Positions 61,261 to 64,000 of a DNA stretch of 64,000 nt are shown here, one piece after another. A model generated the notes under the pieces. The model saw nothing but the letters and a program-made list of their open reading frames with translations. It was not told the DNA's origin and searched no databases. Position numbers and translations under genes: made by a program. The stretch lies in the NCBI RefSeq assembly GCF_009914755.1, contig NC_060935.1; one strand, given 5' to 3'. Positions within the stretch are counted from its first letter, which is position 1. Every line of letters starts with the position of its first letter. Source of the DNA: the human T2T-CHM13v2.0 reference genome, Homo sapiens.

Positions 61261-62202
61261 TGAAGTCATTCATATCACTATCCTGCCCTCTTGAAACAGC
61301 ATTTTTCTTTCTCGCCCATACCTTTTGGCAAATGATCTCCATTTTTAATCTCTCAAAGCTGAATAAGCTATTAATACTTTCAGATGCAACTCAAGTTTCA
61401 CTTATCCGAGAAGACTTATCTGTCTGCTCCAGACAATACAGATCTCCCTTGCCTCTGGTTTTCTGTTGCCAATGTTTAACATTTCTATGGTACTGTCTAT
61501 TGCTTCTATTCTATTGCCTCAAAATTACTTGGGTATTTATGGTTTTAAGCTCTCTTGAACTCCAGTTCTTTATATTATCAACTGCCTATAGTGACTTCAA
61601 ATTCTACCTGTATCAAGTAGAATCCACAATTATTTCCAGAAACCCTACTCCTCTTCTTGGGCTCATTTCAGTTTATAGTATCTCAGTCACTCAAACTAAA
61701 CACCTGTTTGTCATGTTTCCTCTCCATTACACCCTCATCCAATCCATCCTATGTAATTCCAACTCATGTGCCTCTCAAATCCATTCTTTATCATCTCCAT
61801 TGTCACAGCCTTACTTAAGTACCTCTTGGCTAAATTAAAGCAATGGTAGAGGGAAGGATTTATCAGTATCATCTAGCAAGCATTTTTCAAAATGCTTACC
61901 TTCCTGTAACCCCATATCGCATCAGAAATGTGGTTGAAGGAGAAGACAGAACAGTGGAGGAAAAACCAGGCTTGCGTATTTTGCAAAAGCTTTACAGATT
62001 ATTCTCACAGATTTCCCATTCCTGTTGAGAATCACTGTCTTAATCTTTCTCCTTCCAATCCTTCCTGCCTGTCCTGCCTGAGTAACTTTTCAAAACTTCC
62101 AGTTAATCAATAAAGGCTTCTCATTGCCTTTCTTCAGGTTGGCTTTCACATTCTGCCCCAGGCCACTCTCTTGCCCTTGTTTTCTTCAATTTCTTCCATG
62201 CC

Positions 62203-64000
<1,798 letters not shown>

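Noticed and set aside
61260-61838. 192-aa hydrophobic ORF
   Set aside because: Lies over pyrimidine-rich L2-like relics; the hydrophobicity reflects T-richness.

Overview
Primate (human-like) non-coding DNA, intronic or intergenic, moderately AT-rich and CpG-depleted. I recognise no protein-coding gene, RNA gene or prokaryotic-type system. The listed ORFs are either repeat-derived (Alu, L1 ORF2, MST-int, microsatellite) or look like chance ORFs. A large part of the window is interspersed repeat: 14 Alus (J, S and Y, including a near-consensus AluYc1-like copy), 5 L1 3' fragments (two with 5' inversions), MaLR/ERVL LTRs (THE1, MST, MLT1, MER54/74-like) and the 3' end of an MSTA provirus. It also holds DNA-transposon relics (MER3, MER5, MER30, Tigger3, Tigger4) and many MIR/L2 relics. 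The most notable unexplained structure is a recurring set of templated-insertion scars. These include 30-62 bp copies of sequence lying 0.5-1.7 kb away, fold-back inverted copies, and one 230-bp fragment captured from another locus. Most sit in or next to TA/AT-rich tracts. Candidate regulatory motifs (RFX X-boxes, CTCF-like sites) and a few weak candidate exons are also noted. Subfamily names come from recalled consensus sequences, and boundaries of old repeats are approximate.
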